Source of the DNA: Alphaproteobacteria bacterium
GTDB lineage: Bacteria; Pseudomonadota; Alphaproteobacteria; Rs-D84; SZUA-605
Assembly: GCA_003250835.1 (NCBI GenBank)
Contig: QKJL01000008.1
Coordinates: 1 to 50,055 of the forward strand
Direction: 5' to 3'
Length of the DNA: 50,055 nt
The notes under the pieces: model-generated
Databases searched by the model: none
What the model saw: only the letters and a program-made list of their open reading frames with translations
Told to the model about the DNA's origin: nothing
Position numbers and translations under genes: made by a program
Part shown: positions 46,696 to 50,055 of the stretch, piece by piece
Layout of the letters: each line of letters opens with the position of its first letter
How positions within the stretch are numbered: the stretch's first letter is position 1

Positions 46696-47799
46696 ATGCG
46701 TTTTCAAAAAATAAATTTAGTGAATTTTAGAAGTTATTCTTCTGCCTCTTTTGATATTGGCGGACATGCTTTTGTTGTGTTAACAGGAGCGAATGGTGTT
46801 GGTAAAACTAACTTACTTGAAGCGCTTTCTTTTTTGACCGCAGGGTCTGGTTTTCGTAAGACAAAACTCTCGCAGATTGGTAAGCTGTATGCCAATGCTT
46901 CTTTGCCTTGGGAGGTGAAGGCATCTGTCATTGTGAAAGATATTTATTATGATTTAAAAACGTATTATCGTCCTGCAGAAGTAGAGCGTCGTATTATTGA
47001 AATTGATGATAAAAAAGTTGCACAAAAAGAATTGTTAGAACTTTCAAAAATTATGTGGATTACTCCGATCATGGATAAAGTGTTTGTCGAAGGTGTTCAA
47101 GGACAACGTCGTTTAATTGATCGTTTAACTGCTGCATTTGATCCAGAGCATTTAAATCGTTTATCGGATTATAATAAAGTTTTTAAAGACCGTAATTTGA
47201 TTTTAGAAGGAAAGTCTTTGAAGCGTGATCCAAATTGGATGGAGGCACTAGAAGATCAATTATGTTCAATTGGAATTTCAATTGCGGCGGCACGTTTAGA
47301 ATTTATTGCTCAGCTGAATCGTTTATTTACAGAAACGAAGATGGCGTTTCCATCGCTTCATATTTCATTAGATGGTTTTTTAGAAAATCGTTTACAGGAA
47401 CAAAGTGCCTTAATTGCGGAAGATGAATATAAAGCTTATTTGAAAGAGCAACGTAATGATCCTTATCGTGGTGTGGATGGTATTCATAAGACAATTGTAA
47501 ATGTTGTGCATCAAGGAAAAAAGATGCCAGCAGAGATGTGTTCAACAGGAGAACAAAAGACATTACTGTTTTCACTATTGATTGGTTCAGCTCAATTACA
47601 AAAACAATTACGTGGATATGCACCTGTTTTATTATTAGATGAAGTTGTGGCTCATTTAGATACAAAACATCGTCAGGCCTTGTTTAATGAATTGGAAAAA
47701 TTAGGTGCACAAACATTTATGACTGGTGTGTATAAAGGTGATTTTAACGACTTAGCGGATCGTGATACTTACTTTTTGGAGTTAGGTCATGGGTCATAG
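46696..47799 (+). CDS. recF: DNA replication and repair protein RecF
   Basis: It has the Walker A motif GANGVGKTNLLEAL, the signature-like block STGEQKTLLFSL and LLLDEV. Confidence 0.93.
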   Translation: MRFQKINLVNFRSYSSASFDIGGHAFVVLTGANGVGKTNLLEALSFLTAGSGFRKTKLSQIGKLYANASLPWEVKASVIVKDIYYDLKTYYRPAEVERRIIEIDDKKVAQKELLELSKIMWITPIMDKVFVEGVQGQRRLIDRLTAAFDPEHLNRLSDYNKVFKDRNLILEGKSLKRDPNWMEALEDQLCSIGISIAAARLEFIAQLNRLFTETKMAFPSLHISLDGFLENRLQEQSALIAEDEYKAYLKEQRNDPYRGVDGIHKTIVNVVHQGKKMPAEMCSTGEQKTLLFSLLIGSAQLQKQLRGYAPVLLLDEVVAHLDTKHRQALFNELEKLGAQTFMTGVYKGDFNDLADRDTYFLELGHGS

Positions 47800-49959
47800 C
47801 AGAGTTAAAGTTGTTTTGCCGCTGGCGACTGGAAAGGGGTATGATTATAAAGCCCCAGATGGTATGATTTTGGAACCTGGACAGATTGTGAGAGTTCCTT
47901 TGCGTGGTCGTGATGAAATTGGTTTGGTCTTTGGTGAAGGGACGGATGATTATCCTGTTGAAAAATTAAAAAAAGTTAAGGATGTTTTGCCTTATATTTT
48001 ACCCGAAGAAAATATTAAATTTATTGAATGGGTTTCTCAGTACACGCTGGCGGATTTAGGTACAGTTTTAAAGATGATGATTTCTGTTGGGGATGTGTTT
48101 GATCAAGATACTCAAGAACAATTGTATCAATTGTCTGGTGCGAAATTTAAATCAACTGTTGCGCGTCAAAAAATTGTGATTGCGTTACGTGATTATCCAG
48201 AGCATGAATCTTTTACATTATCTGAGATTGTGACGCTTTCCGGTGTGTCTCGTGCAGTTGTAAAATCTTTTTTAGAATCTGGTGGGTTACAGCCTGCGGA
48301 AACACGGGATAAAGATTTAGTGCATCAAGAAATGATGGAAATTTCTGATTTTGATTATTTAACTGACAGTCAAAAAGAAGCTGTGGCACATATTAAATGT
48401 CGTGGAGGATTTTGTCCGACAGTGATTAATGGAATTACCGGGTCTGGTAAAACTGAAGTTTATTTTGCAGCAGCAGCAGAGCATTTAAAAAGAGGTGAAC
48501 AAGTTTTAATTATGTTGCCGGAAATTTCTTTGACGGCTCAGTTTTTAGATCGATTTGAAAAACGTTTTGGTCGACGTCCTGCACTTTGGCATTCTCATTT
48601 AACCACTCGTCAACGTCGTGAGACTTGGAAAAAGATTTTAACAGGACAGGAACAAATTATTGTAGGGACACGTTCAGCTCTCTTTTTGCCGTATCCTAAT
48701 CTTGGGATGATTGTGGTGGATGAAGAGCATGATGGCAGTTATAAGCAAGAAGATCAAGTGGTGTATCATGGACGTGATATGGCTGTTGTACGTGCGATGA
48801 TGGCAAAGATCCCCGTGTTATTAGCTTCGGCCACACCATCGCTTGAAACCGTTGTGAATGTGCGTGATGGGAAGTATCATGAAATTAAATTAACCAGTCG
48901 TTATAATGCGGCTGAACTGCCTAAGGTGACCGCAATTGATTTACGTCACGATAAGCCTGAAAAGGTAGGGGGACAACGTGGTTGGTTATCTCCTACGTTT
49001 GTTGAAAAAATGAAATCCGTTTTGGCGGCGGGTCATCAGGTGATGTTGTTTTTGAATCGTCGTGGCTATGCGCCGTTGATGTTGTGTCAAAAATGTGGGC
49101 ATCGTATGAAATGTCCAAATTGTGATGCGTATATGGTGTTGCATGAATTTACATCAGGTAAGTCTCAGTTGCATTGTCATCATTGTGGGACACATCATTA
49201 TCCGCCTGAAAAATGTCCGGTGTGTGACGAAGTTGATAGTATGACTTTGTGTGGACCTGGGATTGAACGTATTGCCGAAGAAGTGGCGCAACGTTTTCCA
49301 AGTGAGCCAGCATTGGTGATGTCATCAGATACAACGAATGGAATGGCGGCGGTTGCGGATGCTGTGGAGCAAATTGAAAATCGTCAAGTGTCGATTATTA
49401 TTGGGACACAGATTTTGACAAAAGGACATCATTTTCCAGGGCTGACTTTTGTGGGTGTGGTTGATGCTGATATGTCTTTGTTTGGGGATGATTTCCGTGC
49501 AGGTGAAAAGACAATTCAATTATTGGAACAAACGGCGGGGCGTGCCGGTCGTGAGAAGTGTATTTGCAAACATATAATCCTGATCATGCGGTGATGCGTG
49601 CATTGGTGCATGGCGATAAGGCTGAGTTTGTAAATGAAGAAATTAAAGCACGTGAGATTTTAAAGATGCCTCCGTTTGGGCGATTGGCTGCGTTGGTGTT
49701 ATCTGCGAAAGATCGTCATATGTTGGGACGTGTATGTCAGGAATTGGCACGTCGTAAACCTGATATGGAAAGTGTTGCGATTTATGGACCTGCGGATGCG
49801 CCGTTGTCATTTTTACGTGGGCGTTATCGTAAACGTTTCTTGGTGCATACACCAAAGAATGTGAATATCCAACAAGTGATGAAAATTTGGCTTGGTGGGT
49901 TTACTTTTCCAAGTACTGTTCAAGTAAAGGTCGATATCGACCCATACAGTTTTTTATAG
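47789..49959 (+). pseudogene. priA: Primosomal protein N' (PriA helicase) with its reading frame broken near 49556-49560
   Basis: ORF 47789-49594 carries GITGSGKTEV, VVDEEHD, the Cys-rich zinc region and ...GRAGREK. The sequence then runs into nonsense. ORF 49558-49959, in the frame displaced by one base (a net 1-nt deletion), continues with VYLQTYNPDH and the rest of the PriA C-terminus. Confidence 0.8.
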
Positions 49960-49968
49960 GAGTTGATT

Positions 49969-50055
49969 GTGGATTCTCAAATTGGAATTTGTAGATATTG
50001 TGGAAAAGAAAAAAAGTTATGTGAGGCTCATATTATTCCACGTTCTTTTTATAAA
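49969..50055 (+). CDS. Partial ORF (N-terminus only) with a CxxC...AHIIP motif, possibly HNH-like
   Basis: GTG GAT TCT... encodes VDSQIGICRYCGKEKKLCEAHIIPRSFYK and is cut off by the window end. Confidence 0.3.
   Translation, partial: MDSQIGICRYCGKEKKLCEAHIIPRSFYK

Overview
This window is a gene-dense, AT-rich chromosomal segment that looks alphaproteobacterial. The evidence is a GcrA regulator, a circularly permuted two-piece tmRNA with an ANDN...LAA tag, a mlaD-DUF2155 pair, and Ala/Glu-rich tails on S16 and L19. It is probably a host-associated or intracellular lineage, given a secreted ankyrin-repeat protein, an autotransporter and several small orphan secreted proteins. I support about 58 protein-coding genes, 2 tRNAs (Gln-CUG, Thr-GGU) and 1 tmRNA. 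Most genes are core housekeeping: eno, thyA-folA, prfB with its programmed +1 frameshift, rpsP-rimM-trmD-rplS, ftsK, gmk, rpmE, gcrA, ihfB, accD-accA, bamA-rseP-cdsA-uppS-frr, hppA, ruvX, rlpA, recF, priA. I saw no rRNA, CRISPR array, transposase or integrase. I did not find an unambiguous multi-gene novel system. The strongest candidates for follow-up are these. (1) A tRNA-Gln-abutting, translationally coupled cassette of a small secreted protein plus a B12-domain-like radical SAM enzyme whose only Cys cluster is Cx9Cx2C. (2) An enlarged RusA-like resolvase homolog stranded between hppA and tRNA-Thr. (3) Seven GANTC (CcrM-type) sites in the 209 bp between two divergently transcribed, unrelated pyrophosphatases, in a window that also encodes GcrA. 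(4) A promoter-leader-terminator unit directly upstream of rpsP. (5) A frame-disrupted priA. All family calls come from motif recognition by eye and memory. No alignments or searches were run.
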